Of a stretch of 64,000 bases of DNA, positions 27,425 through 37,199 are shown one piece after another. The stretch is taken from the NCBI GenBank assembly GCA_024278175.1, contig JAJRTS010000085.1, positions 59,844 to 123,843 of the forward strand. The letters run 5' to 3'. The notes beneath the pieces were generated by a model. The model ran no database searches. It saw nothing but the letters and a program-made list of their open reading frames with translations, and was not told where the DNA came from. A program made the position numbers and the translations under genes. Each line of letters begins with the position of its first letter. Positions within the stretch are counted from its first letter, which is position 1. Source of the stretch: Gemmatimonadales bacterium. Its GTDB lineage: Bacteria > Gemmatimonadota > Glassbacteria > GWA2-58-10.

Positions 27425-28777
27425 ATGAGCGATACCACGAATAAAAAAACCAACCGGCGCACCGAGAACACGTTTCTCAACGTGGGCCCCTCCCATCCGG
27501 CCATGCACGGGGTGATCCACATCCTCACCGAGCTGGAAGGCGAGAAGGTGCTCGGCGCGGAAATCGAAATCGGCTACCTGCACCGCTGTTTCGAGAAAAA
27601 CTGCGAGCAGCTGGGCTACAACCAGGCGTTCCCCTACACCGACCGGCTGAATTACGTCAGCCCGCTGATCAACAACGTGGGCTGGGCCATGGCCGTGGAA
27701 AAGCTGTTCGGCGCCCAAGTTCCCGAACGCGCCCTGTATATCCGGGTGATCGCCTCCGAGCTGAGCCGGATAGTGGACCACCTGACCTGTGTGGGCGCGG
27801 CTGCGATGGAGGTGGGGGCGATGACCGCGTTTCTCTACTTCATGAAGGCCCGCGAATACCTCTACGACATAATCGAGTGGCTCACCGGCGCACGGATTAC
27901 AACCAATTACGTGCGCGTGGGCGGAGTTAAGGGCGATCTGCCGCACGGTTTCGAGCGCAAGCTGCGCGGGACGCTCAGGGAAATCCGTAAAATCATCGGC
28001 GAAGTGGACAAGCTGCTCACTCGCAACCGAATCTTTATAGACCGGATGAGCGGGATCGGCACGCTGGATCGCGAGAGTTCGATCGCCTATGGGATCACCG
28101 GCCCGCTGCTCAGGGCCACCGGCGAGGCCTACGACGTGCGTAAGGACATGCCTTATCTGGTTTACGACCGGTTCGATTTCGAGATTCCCGTGGCCGATAC
28201 CTGCGACGCCTACGCCCGCTATCTGGTGCGCATGGAAGAGATGCGCCAGAGCGCCAGAATTATCGAGCAAGCCATCAAGCAGATCCCGCCCGGCGCTATC
28301 GCGGTAGACCGCTACGGCAAACAGATCAGCGGCGCCGAGATGGTGGAGCTGGCCAAGCGCGGAAAGGTTAAGGAGTATATCGATTCCAAGGCCAAAGTGG
28401 ACCTGACGCTGGAGGGCACCGACGCGGCCAGCGCCTGTAATATCAACCTGACCGGCAACCGCTCCCTGCGCCTGCCGCCCAAGGAAGAGACCTACGGCAA
28501 CATCGAGGGCCTGATGTCCCATTTTATGCAGATCATGGATCATTGGGGAGTCAAGCCGCCCGTGGGCGAGACCTATCAGGCGGTGGAGGGCGCCAACGGC
28601 GAATTGGGGTTCTACCTGGTCTCCAACGGCGAGGGCCGTCCGATGCGCTCGCGCTGCCGCGGACCGTGCTTCTTCCCCATGGCCGCTCTTCACAAGATGA
28701 TTGTGGGCGACATGATTGCCGATATTATCCCCGCTTTCGGCTCGATCAACATGATTGCCGGCGAACTGGACCGTTAG
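27425..28777 (+). CDS. nuoD: NADH-quinone oxidoreductase subunit D
   Basis: 49-kDa subunit (NVGPSHPAMHGV…RVGG). Confidence 0.9.
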   Translation: MSDTTNKKTNRRTENTFLNVGPSHPAMHGVIHILTELEGEKVLGAEIEIGYLHRCFEKNCEQLGYNQAFPYTDRLNYVSPLINNVGWAMAVEKLFGAQVPERALYIRVIASELSRIVDHLTCVGAAAMEVGAMTAFLYFMKAREYLYDIIEWLTGARITTNYVRVGGVKGDLPHGFERKLRGTLREIRKIIGEVDKLLTRNRIFIDRMSGIGTLDRESSIAYGITGPLLRATGEAYDVRKDMPYLVYDRFDFEIPVADTCDAYARYLVRMEEMRQSARIIEQAIKQIPPGAIAVDRYGKQISGAEMVELAKRGKVKEYIDSKAKVDLTLEGTDAASACNINLTGNRSLRLPPKEETYGNIEGLMSHFMQIMDHWGVKPPVGETYQAVEGANGELGFYLVSNGEGRPMRSRCRGPCFFPMAALHKMIVGDMIADIIPAFGSINMIAGELDR

Positions 28778-28814
28778 CAGAGCGTACGCAGTTATACAGT
28801 TTTGTGGAGAAAAA

Positions 28815-29303
28815 ATGTCAGTACGCATGTCCGATGAAGATGAAAAAAAAATAACCGAGCTGATCGGGCACTACCCGCAAAAACGGGCCGCTATCGGTGA
28901 CGTGCTCTATATGGCCCAGCAGAATTTCGGCCATCTGGGCCCCGAGGTGGAGCTCTACGTGGCCGGCCTGCTCGATCTGCCGGTGACCTATGTCCACCAG
29001 GTGGTTTCGTTTTACAACATGTACCTGCAAAATCCCGTGGGCAGGAACCTGATCATGCTCTGCGACAACGTGAGTTGCACCCTCTGCGGCGCGTCGGGAC
29101 TCGTGGAGCATCTCGCAAAAAAACTGGGGATCGGCCCCGGCGAGACCACCAAAGACGATAAATTCACCCTCTGGACTGTCGAATGCCTGGGCGCCTGCGA
29201 GCTGGCCCCCTGCGTGATGATCGGCGAAAAACTGTACGGCCGGATGACCCCCGAAAAACTGGACGAGGCCCTGGACGCCGTGGAGCAAACAGACGATGCC
29301 TGA
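28815..29303 (+). CDS. nuoE: NADH-quinone oxidoreductase subunit E
   Basis: 2Fe-2S thioredoxin-like fold (CDNVSC…CLGAC). GGAG 7 nt upstream of the ATG at 28815. Confidence 0.85.
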   Translation: MSVRMSDEDEKKITELIGHYPQKRAAIGDVLYMAQQNFGHLGPEVELYVAGLLDLPVTYVHQVVSFYNMYLQNPVGRNLIMLCDNVSCTLCGASGLVEHLAKKLGIGPGETTKDDKFTLWTVECLGACELAPCVMIGEKLYGRMTPEKLDEALDAVEQTDDA

Positions 29304-30603
29304 AGTCAAGCTCATCAAGCGCTTTATCGAGACAGAGAATGGCCACCGGCTGCGGGAGTTCGAGTCCGCCGGCGGCTACGGCTCGTTGCGCAAGATCATC
29401 GGCGAGGGCTGGGACGCTCAGCAGGTTATCGACATCCTCAAGGCCAGCAACCTGCGCGGCCTGGGCGGCGCGGGCTTCCCCACCGGCCTGAAGTGGAGCT
29501 TCGTCCCCAAGGACATAGAGGGTCCCAAGTACCTGGTGGTCAACGCAGACGAGAGCGAGCCGGGCACGTTCAAGGACAGGCACATCATCAGCGGCGCGCC
29601 GCACCTGCTGATCGAGGGCGCTGTTATCGCCGCGTTCTGTATCGAGGCCGAGGACATCTATATCTACATCCGCGGCGAATATTACGAGCCGGCCCGGATC
29701 ATGGAGCAGGCAATTGAAGAGGCGGCCGAGGCAGGCTATATCGGCGAGGACTTTCTCGGCTCGGGCCACACCGTGCGCGTCCACCTTCACCGTGGCGCCG
29801 GCGCTTATATCTGCGGCGAGGAAACCGCCCTGCTCTCCAGCCTGGAGGGCGGCAAGGGCTGGCCCAAGCTCAAACCGCCGTTTCCGGCGATCAAGGGCCT
29901 GTTCGGCAAACCCACGATTGTGAACAACGTGGAAACGCTCTCCCAGGTGCCGATCATCCTGGACAAGGGGGCGGAGTATTTCGCCTCGCTGGGAATCGAG
30001 CGCAACGGCGGAACAAGGCTGTTCGGCGTAAGCGGGCACGTCAAGCGGACCGGCATCTACGAGCTGCCGCTCGGCACGCCGATGAAAGAACTGATCTACG
30101 AGCATTGCGGCGGCATCCGCAACGACCGCAAGCTCAAGGCGGTCATTCCCGGTGGCAGCAGTTGCCCCGTGCTCACCGCCGAGCAAGCCGCCAGCATCAA
30201 CATGGATTTTGACAGTCTGGCCGGGATCGGCAGTATGCTTGGCAGCGGCGGGTTGATCGTGATGGACGAGACCACCGACCTGGTGCAGATTTTATGGCGG
30301 ATCTGCCGCTTTTATGCATTCGAGTCCTGCGGCCAGTGTACGCCCTGCCGCGAGGGAACCGGCTGGATGACCCGGATCATGGAACGGATCGCAAAGGGCG
30401 AGGGGACAGTGCAGGATATCGACGACCTGAAGGAAGTGGCCGAGCAGATCATGGGCAACACCGTCTGCCCGCTGGGTGATGCCGCCGCGCTGCCCGTGGT
30501 CAGTTTCCTGAGCAAGTTCCGCGCTGATTTCGAGGCGCAGGTGGGGCCGCGCCGGGTGCATGCCGGGGCCGTGGTTACCCAGGCCGAAGCGGAGGAGAAT
30601 TGA
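29296..30603 (+). CDS. nuoF: NADH-quinone oxidoreductase subunit F
   Basis: FMN/NADH-binding GAGAYICGEETALL, 4Fe-4S CGQCTPCREG. Confidence 0.9.
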   Translation: MPEVKLIKRFIETENGHRLREFESAGGYGSLRKIIGEGWDAQQVIDILKASNLRGLGGAGFPTGLKWSFVPKDIEGPKYLVVNADESEPGTFKDRHIISGAPHLLIEGAVIAAFCIEAEDIYIYIRGEYYEPARIMEQAIEEAAEAGYIGEDFLGSGHTVRVHLHRGAGAYICGEETALLSSLEGGKGWPKLKPPFPAIKGLFGKPTIVNNVETLSQVPIILDKGAEYFASLGIERNGGTRLFGVSGHVKRTGIYELPLGTPMKELIYEHCGGIRNDRKLKAVIPGGSSCPVLTAEQAASINMDFDSLAGIGSMLGSGGLIVMDETTDLVQILWRICRFYAFESCGQCTPCREGTGWMTRIMERIAKGEGTVQDIDDLKEVAEQIMGNTVCPLGDAAALPVVSFLSKFRADFEAQVGPRRVHAGAVVTQAEAEEN

Positions 30604-32237
30604 GCGAAGAGCGGAAAATGGTAAAAGTTACTATCGACGGGAACCAGTATGAAGTCCCCGCCGGTACGACCATCCTCGAAGCCGCTAAAAGCGTGGGGAT
30701 CGAGATCCCCCACTACTGCTACCATCCGGGCCTGTCGATTGCCGGGGCGTGCAGGATGTGCCTGATCGAAGTCGAGAAAGTGCCCAAGCTCCAGATCGCC
30801 TGCTACATGACCGTGGGCGATGAGATGGTCATTTATACAACTAACGAGCGGGTCAAGCGGGCGCGCAAGGCGATGCTGGAGTTCCATCTGGTTAACCACC
30901 CGCTGGACTGCCCTGTCTGCGACCAGGCCGGTGAGTGCGGCCTGCAGAACTACTATATGCTGCACGGGCTCTACATCTCCCGCGTGCGCGAGAACAAGGT
31001 AAAAAAGGGCAAGAAGGCCACGCAGATCGGCCCGCACGTGATGCTGGACCAGGAGCGCTGCATCCTCTGCAGCCGTTGCGTCCGCTTCTGCAACGAAATT
31101 CCCAAGACCAGCGAACTGGGCATGTTCAACCGCGGCGACCGCGAGGTTGTCGACATTTTCCCCGGCCGTGAGTTGAACAATCCCTACTCCGCCAACGTGA
31201 TCAACCTCTGCCCCGTGGGCGCGCTGCTGAGCAAGGAGTTTCGCTTCAAGACCCGTGTCTGGTATCTTGAGACGGTAAAATCCGTCTGCATGCGCTGCTC
31301 CAGAGCCTGCAATATTCTGATCGACTACAATATCAGACGGCCGTGGAAAAACGATGGCCGCCGCCTCAGCCGCCTTCGCCCGCGCTACAATGCTCAGGTC
31401 AACGACTGGTGGATCTGCGACGAGGGCCGGTTCGGATTCGATTTCGTGGACGCCGCCGACAGGCTCACCGTCCCGCTTTCAGCCGCCGGGGGCGCGCAGG
31501 CCCATTCCGGCTGGGAGGCGGCGCTGGAAACCGCGGCGGCAAGGCTCAGGCAGGCAGCCAGCGAGATCGGCGACGTGGCCGTGCTGGTAAGTCCCCGGCT
31601 GGCCAACGAGGCACTCTACCTGCTCAAGCGTGTGCTGGCCGAGCAACTACCGGGCACTTCTGTCGCGTTCAGCAGCCTCAACGAACACGAGCCTACCCAG
31701 GACGATATTCTGCGCAAGGCGGACAAGAACCCCAATACCACCGGCGCCGAGTTCCTGAGTCTGACCACGGCCAACGCCGAGGTGAAAGACCATGCGTACC
31801 TGCTGCAGACCGCGAAGAAAGGCAATCTGAGCGCTCTGATCGTTATCGCCCACAACCCGGTGGGACTGCCCGAGCTCTACGGCCGGGGCTGGAGCGAGGC
31901 GCTGGACAAGGTGCCGTTCAAGGTCTTTATCGGCACCAACGAAAATGAAACCAGCCGCAAGGCCGACGTGGTCCTGCCGCTGGCGGCTTTTGCCGAGTAC
32001 GATGGCACTGTGACCAATTTCGCGGGCAGGGTCCAGTTACTTCGCCGCGCTTTCGACCCGCTGGGCGAGGCGCTTGCCGGTTGGGAGCTGCTCCGTCGGC
32101 TGGGTAACGCGCTTGGCGGTGAGTATGATTTCGGCTCAGCCGGAGAAGTGTTCGACGAGCTGGCGCAGAAAGAAGACAAGTTCGCCGGTCTGAGCTACGG
32201 AGATATCGGCGAGTTGGGCGTTAAGGTAAACGGTTAG
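30600..32237 (+). CDS. nuoG: NADH-quinone oxidoreductase subunit G (short form)
   Basis: N-terminal 2Fe-2S plus 4Fe-4S Cys clusters. 545 aa, shorter than the E. coli type. Translationally coupled to nuoF. Confidence 0.8.
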   Translation: MSEERKMVKVTIDGNQYEVPAGTTILEAAKSVGIEIPHYCYHPGLSIAGACRMCLIEVEKVPKLQIACYMTVGDEMVIYTTNERVKRARKAMLEFHLVNHPLDCPVCDQAGECGLQNYYMLHGLYISRVRENKVKKGKKATQIGPHVMLDQERCILCSRCVRFCNEIPKTSELGMFNRGDREVVDIFPGRELNNPYSANVINLCPVGALLSKEFRFKTRVWYLETVKSVCMRCSRACNILIDYNIRRPWKNDGRRLSRLRPRYNAQVNDWWICDEGRFGFDFVDAADRLTVPLSAAGGAQAHSGWEAALETAAARLRQAASEIGDVAVLVSPRLANEALYLLKRVLAEQLPGTSVAFSSLNEHEPTQDDILRKADKNPNTTGAEFLSLTTANAEVKDHAYLLQTAKKGNLSALIVIAHNPVGLPELYGRGWSEALDKVPFKVFIGTNENETSRKADVVLPLAAFAEYDGTVTNFAGRVQLLRRAFDPLGEALAGWELLRRLGNALGGEYDFGSAGEVFDELAQKEDKFAGLSYGDIGELGVKVNG

Positions 32238-32256
32238 GTTACTTCCTGCTTTACAG

Positions 32257-33354
32257 GTGGAACGAAATATGTGGATTGAACTGCTGACAAAAGTTTTGAT
32301 CGCCGGAGCGGTGCTGACCGGCATCCTGTCGTTCGGCGGCGTGCTGACCTGGGTGGAGCGCAAGCAGAGCGCGCTGATGCAGGACCGGATCGGGGCCAAC
32401 CGGGCCAGCATTCTGGGGTTCCGCCTGCTGGGCCTGTTCCATATCATGACCGATGGGATAAAGATGTTCGCCAAGGAGGAGTTCATCCCGCGCACGGACC
32501 ACCGGGTGCTGTTCCTGCTCGCGCCGTTCATTGCCTGGTTGTTCTCGCTGGCTGCTTTTGCAGTGATCCCGTTCTCCCCTGAGTTGACCGTTGCAGGCTA
32601 TCAGGTCACGCTCCAGGTGGCCAATCCGGAGATCGGCTTGCTGGTGGCGTTTGCGATGATGGGGATGGCAATCTACGGCGTGGTGCTCGGCGGCTGGGCC
32701 TCGAACAACAACTACGCGCTGCTGGGTTCGATGAGAGCCACGGCGCAGATGATATCCTACGAGGTGGCGCTGGCGGCGGCCGCGGTGGGGCCGTTGCTGA
32801 TCTACCGGACGCTCAACATGCAGGAAATCGTTATCCGGCAGGGCCAGCTCTATAACGGCTGGCTGCCGCTGTGGGGTATCGTGCTTCAGCCGCTGGCGTT
32901 CCTGCTGTTTCTGGTGGCTGGCGCCGCCGAGACCAAGCGCGTCCCGTTCGACCTTCCCGAGGGCGAGAGCGAGATTATCGGCTTCAACCTGGAATACAGC
33001 AGCATGCGGTTCGGCGCGTTCATGTTCACCGACTTTATCGAAAAAATCCTGGTCGCCTGTCTGACGACCACCATTTTTCTGGGCGGCTGGCAGGTGCCGT
33101 GGCTGGCCGATGACGGGTTCCGCCTCGGCGGCGCGCTGGCCTTGGAACTGGGCCCGATGGTGGTCTGGCTGCTGCGGCTTGCGGCTTTCGGAATCAAGGT
33201 CTGCGCGTTGATCTACGTGCTGATGCTGGTGCGCTGGACCCTGCCGCGTTTCCGTTATGACCAGTTGATGAGTTTCGGCTGGAAGTTCCTGCTGCCGCTC
33301 GCGTTCCTGAACATCATCGTAACCGCGGCGGTTGTGCTGGTGTTAAACCTCTAG
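32257..33354 (+). CDS. nuoH: NADH-quinone oxidoreductase subunit H
   Basis: 8 TM helices, conserved EGESE (LPEGESEIIGFNLEYS). Confidence 0.9.
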   Translation: MERNMWIELLTKVLIAGAVLTGILSFGGVLTWVERKQSALMQDRIGANRASILGFRLLGLFHIMTDGIKMFAKEEFIPRTDHRVLFLLAPFIAWLFSLAAFAVIPFSPELTVAGYQVTLQVANPEIGLLVAFAMMGMAIYGVVLGGWASNNNYALLGSMRATAQMISYEVALAAAAVGPLLIYRTLNMQEIVIRQGQLYNGWLPLWGIVLQPLAFLLFLVAGAAETKRVPFDLPEGESEIIGFNLEYSSMRFGAFMFTDFIEKILVACLTTTIFLGGWQVPWLADDGFRLGGALALELGPMVVWLLRLAAFGIKVCALIYVLMLVRWTLPRFRYDQLMSFGWKFLLPLAFLNIIVTAAVVLVLNL

Positions 33355-33461
33355 GAGCATGTTAAAGTCTCCATGGGAACTAAGTTTCTCATGGCTCGGC
33401 CAAAGGCAGGTTTACATGCCTTTGACAACGAAAGAAACAATAAAAATTCCCGAGGATTGCA

Positions 33462-34034
33462 GTGGCTATCACGGTCAAGAAAATAGACGCAAGCCCGAAG
33501 ATGAACCTGCTGGAGCGGACCTATCTCCGGGAGATTCTCCGGGGGTTGTGGATCACCAACCGTCATTTCGTGGTCAACCTGACCCGTCACATCCTGAACC
33601 TGTTCAGGATAAAAGCCAAACCCGGCGCGGTGACTATCCAGTATCCAGAGCAGCACCGGGGCTACCACAAGCGCCTGCGCACGGCCCACTACCTAGCTCA
33701 TCGCGAGAACGACGACGGCCCGCGTTGCGTGGGCTGCATGATGTGCGAGACGATCTGCCCGGCCAAATGTATCTATATCGTGCCCACCGAGCACCCCGAC
33801 CCCAACGTGGAAAAGCAGGCGGTTAAATTCACGATCGACATGGGCAGGTGCGTGTACTGCGGGTTCTGCGTTGAAGCCTGCCCGGAGGACGCGATCCGGA
33901 TGGACAGCGGCCGGCTGGATATCTGCTCATATTCCCGCGAAGGCATGCTCTGGGACATGGACCGCCTGCTGGCCAACCATCACGACCCGGCCCCCTACAA
34001 AGACGAAGAAAAATGGCTGGACGAGGAGTTCTGA
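33462..34034 (+). CDS. nuoI: NADH-quinone oxidoreductase subunit I
   Basis: Two CxxCxxCxxxCP ferredoxin motifs. Confidence 0.85.
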   Translation: MAITVKKIDASPKMNLLERTYLREILRGLWITNRHFVVNLTRHILNLFRIKAKPGAVTIQYPEQHRGYHKRLRTAHYLAHRENDDGPRCVGCMMCETICPAKCIYIVPTEHPDPNVEKQAVKFTIDMGRCVYCGFCVEACPEDAIRMDSGRLDICSYSREGMLWDMDRLLANHHDPAPYKDEEKWLDEEF

Positions 34035-34122
34035 GCAGGAGGCTTATTTTATAAAGATTGATTTCACAGGCGGTTCCCGGACCGCTTTTTTTATTAACAA
34101 AACCTTGCGAAGAGTTGTCACC

Positions 34123-34452
34123 GTGCTAAAAACCAAAGAGCAGTCCGTAGTCCAGGATTTGGGCGAGGGAGTCACCCGCCGGCTGCTGATCCACGGCGGA
34201 GCGCTGATGGCCGTGGAGTTCAGTTTCGAGGCCGGAGCGGAGGGCAAGCCCCACAGCCACCCCCACGAGCAGGTGGGCGTATTTTGCTCAGGCCGGTTCG
34301 AGGTCACGATTGACGGAGTTGGCAAAACAGCCGGGCCGGGCGACAGCTACTACGTGGCCCCCAACGTGGTCCACGGGGTCAAGTGCCTTCAGGCCGGGGC
34401 CATCCTGGACGTATTCACTCCGGTCCGCGAAGATTTTTTGCCGGATCAGTGA
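34123..34452 (+). CDS. cupin-domain protein
   Basis: HSHPHEQVGV … VHGV cupin motifs. GTG start inferred, start uncertain. Confidence 0.45.
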   Translation: MLKTKEQSVVQDLGEGVTRRLLIHGGALMAVEFSFEAGAEGKPHSHPHEQVGVFCSGRFEVTIDGVGKTAGPGDSYYVAPNVVHGVKCLQAGAILDVFTPVREDFLPDQ

Positions 34453-34536
34453 GCATTTACTACTGGAATGGATAGTAAAAAAGGCCGCCCCACACCGGAG
34501 CGGCCCTTAAAACACTCGGTTTTGTCGGCAAAATTA

Positions 34537-35748
34537 CTACTTGACCGGTTTGTAGGCCAGATCGGCAAACTCGGGTAATTTGCCCACCAGCGGGCGGAGG
34601 TAGTCGATAAACTTATCAGTTACCCACATCCCCGACTCGTCGATATACTCATCGGGCATGGGCTTGGCCCGCACCGCCACGTCCTTAAGCTCGGCGGTGC
34701 CCAGCTCCGTACGGTAGTGGCCGTGCCCGTCGCTGCCGCGCACGATAGAAACCATCAGGCCGTCCCTGCCCTCTTCGGCCAGTTCCACGGCCCGCAGGCC
34801 GCAGGCGTAGGCCTCGGCTACATCCAGCGCGCTGGCGCGGTCGGAGGCACACATCTGCAGGCTCTCGACCACCTGGAACTCACCGCGCCAGCTTTCGTAG
34901 CGCCCGGCGATCATCTTGTGGAGCATCATCGCCGCACTGGTGCCGCCCATGGCGCCGAACTCCACGTTACCGAACTTGTCGGCGGTCTGGCTGGCGGAGA
35001 TCGGGGTGCCGTCGGCGTAGCTCACGCCCTCGCCCACCGAGATGGAGCAGAAGCCGTACTTGCCCTGCACCTCGCCCACCTTGTCCAGGAATTTCCCCTT
35101 GTCGAACGCGCGCTCCGGGATCAGCAGAATGTGCGGCGGATCGGCTTCATCTTTCTTGGCGGCCACAGCGGCTGCGGCCAGCCAACCTGCGTCGCGGCCC
35201 ACGGCCTGGTAGACCGAGTACTGGTCCACTTTCTGCATGTCGCGGGCCAGCCGTCCCCCCTGCTGGACCGAGAGCGCCACGTAGCGCGCCGCGCTGCCGT
35301 AACCGGGCGTGTGGTCGGTGCCGAACAGGTCGTTGTCCACTGTTTTCGGCACACCGATCCCGTTTAGCTCGTAGCCCTCGCCGCGACAGTAGGCCGCCAC
35401 GCGGTTGATCGTATCCATCGAGTCGTTTCCGCCGATCATGAAGAAATAGCGGATGTCGTACTTCTTGAGCACTGCCAGAATTTTGGGAAAATCCTCGTCC
35501 TGCAGCTTGTGACGGCTGGAGCCCAGCGCGCTCGACGGCGTGCTTTTGAGCAGGGCCACCTGACGGGGGTCCTCGGCCTTGAGGTCCACCAGCATCTCCT
35601 GCATGAAACCCTCGATCCCCCAGCGCATGCCGTACACGCCGGTGATCGCCCCGCTACGGATCGCGCCCTCGATAACACCCGCCAGGCTGGCGTTGATCAC
35701 CGAGGTCGGCCCGCCGGACTGTCCGACTACCGCGTTTCCTGTTTGCAT
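34537..35748 (-). CDS. pfp: pyrophosphate-dependent 6-phosphofructokinase (PPi-PFK)
   Basis: GGPTSVINASL, MIGGNDS and PKTVDNDL motifs. Start chosen at MQTGNAVVGQSGG, with GGAG 8 nt upstream. Confidence 0.8.
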   Translation of the reverse strand: MQTGNAVVGQSGGPTSVINASLAGVIEGAIRSGAITGVYGMRWGIEGFMQEMLVDLKAEDPRQVALLKSTPSSALGSSRHKLQDEDFPKILAVLKKYDIRYFFMIGGNDSMDTINRVAAYCRGEGYELNGIGVPKTVDNDLFGTDHTPGYGSAARYVALSVQQGGRLARDMQKVDQYSVYQAVGRDAGWLAAAAVAAKKDEADPPHILLIPERAFDKGKFLDKVGEVQGKYGFCSISVGEGVSYADGTPISASQTADKFGNVEFGAMGGTSAAMMLHKMIAGRYESWRGEFQVVESLQMCASDRASALDVAEAYACGLRAVELAEEGRDGLMVSIVRGSDGHGHYRTELGTAELKDVAVRAKPMPDEYIDESGMWVTDKFIDYLRPLVGKLPEFADLAYKPVK

Positions 35749-35801
35749 CGTTGAACTCCGTATGGTTCTATTGATGAACTGCTTGCTATATTCACAATCA
35801 C

Positions 35802-35866
35802 GGGCGAACACAAGGTTCGCCCCTACGAGATTTCCCGGCGGGCGACGCAGGCGTCGCCCCTACAAA
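35802..35866. repeat. REP-like tandem palindromes (gggcgaac…gttcgccc CTAC; gggcgacgc…gcgtcgccc CTACAA)
   Basis: Two adjacent GC-rich hairpins sharing the TCGCCCCTAC motif. The same palindrome recurs at 62650-62678. Confidence 0.45.
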
Positions 35867-35912
35867 TAACCGGATTCAATTCAAAACAATAATGCTATCC
35901 ATCCAACACAGA

Positions 35913-37139
35913 TCAGCCGGCGACAACTTTCAGGCTGCCGTCGGCGCGGAAGGCCGGGTGGTCGTAGATTTTCACACCCTGGACCACGCGGGAGATCACG
36001 CCCGACTCGGACGGACTGTCGGGCTTGAGGCCGTAGTACAAAGATTTGAACACGCCCAGGGTCTGACCCAGGACCACGTAGGCCGGGCTCTGGTAGTCGT
36101 CGGGAAGGTCGCAGCCGTGCTCGATCACCACATCGGCAGCCGCCCTGGTATCAGCGTCGGCCTGCTTACAGAGGGCCACCTTCACCAGGCCGATACCCTT
36201 TTTCTTCACACCGTTCATCAGGTCGAGCTCGTAGCGATGGACCAGCGGGTCCTCGCTCATCAGGAACACCACCAGCGTATCATCGTGGATAACCGCCTCG
36301 GGTCCGTGACGCAGGCCCAGGAAGGTGTCGAACTTACCAACCACCTTGCCGTCGGTCTCTTCCTGAAGTTTGAGGTGGCATTCCTTGGCGCAACCGTAGA
36401 GCGTGTTGGAGCCCAGAAACACGACCCGCTTGAAATCGGCCTGACAGACATCGGCCAGCGCGCCGGAGTAATCGGCCATGATCTTCTCTGCCGCCCCGGC
36501 CATCTGATCGACAACACCGGCGAACGCGGCGGTATCGCCCAGCGATGCCAGGTACTGTCCGGCCACCACCATGGAGCTGAACGAGCTGGTCATCGCCAGC
36601 GACTTGTCGTTGGTCTTCTCCGGCAGCAGGACAATCAGACTGCGGTCCTGTTTCTCGCGGCCCATCACGGCCAGCTTGCCGTCCTTGTTGCAGGTGATCA
36701 CGATATGCTTGATATCGGCCTTGCTCTGCTCACCCAGCACGAACGTACCCACGCTCTCCGGGCTGTTGCCGGAGCGCGCAAAGTGAACCAGAAAATACTT
36801 TTTGCCTGCCAGAAAAGTGGCGTCCGGGTCGGTGATAATCTCGGTGGTGCCCACCGCGCGGGCTTCGTAGCCGCTGTTCTTGTTGAACAGGTTCTCCAGG
36901 CACATACCGATAAAAGCGCTGGTACCGGCACCGGTGAGCAGAAACTTGCGGTCGGTTTCGCCACCGAGGAATTTTGTGATTTCATCTTTTTGCGATTCAA
37001 GGATTGCGAGGGTCTGGCGCCACATCTCCGGCTGCTGGTAGATTTCAGCGGGCGTGTACCGGGTACCCTTCTGCTGCTGCTCCTCAGCGGAGGCCTGGAT
37101 CAGTTCAAGCAAAGCGTCCGGCATTTTTAAATCCTCCAT
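35913..37139 (-). CDS. SIS-domain sugar isomerase (AgaS / GlmS-C-like)
   Basis: Two SIS domains (FLLTGAGTSAFIG…; VVFLGSNTLYGCA…). Confidence 0.7.
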   Translation of the reverse strand: MEDLKMPDALLELIQASAEEQQQKGTRYTPAEIYQQPEMWRQTLAILESQKDEITKFLGGETDRKFLLTGAGTSAFIGMCLENLFNKNSGYEARAVGTTEIITDPDATFLAGKKYFLVHFARSGNSPESVGTFVLGEQSKADIKHIVITCNKDGKLAVMGREKQDRSLIVLLPEKTNDKSLAMTSSFSSMVVAGQYLASLGDTAAFAGVVDQMAGAAEKIMADYSGALADVCQADFKRVVFLGSNTLYGCAKECHLKLQEETDGKVVGKFDTFLGLRHGPEAVIHDDTLVVFLMSEDPLVHRYELDLMNGVKKKGIGLVKVALCKQADADTRAAADVVIEHGCDLPDDYQSPAYVVLGQTLGVFKSLYYGLKPDSPSESGVISRVVQGVKIYDHPAFRADGSLKVVAG

Positions 37140-37199
37140 CGGTAACTGTTCTGTACGATTTGGATAAAGAATTAATACACTTCCCCGCCGCTTTGCACC

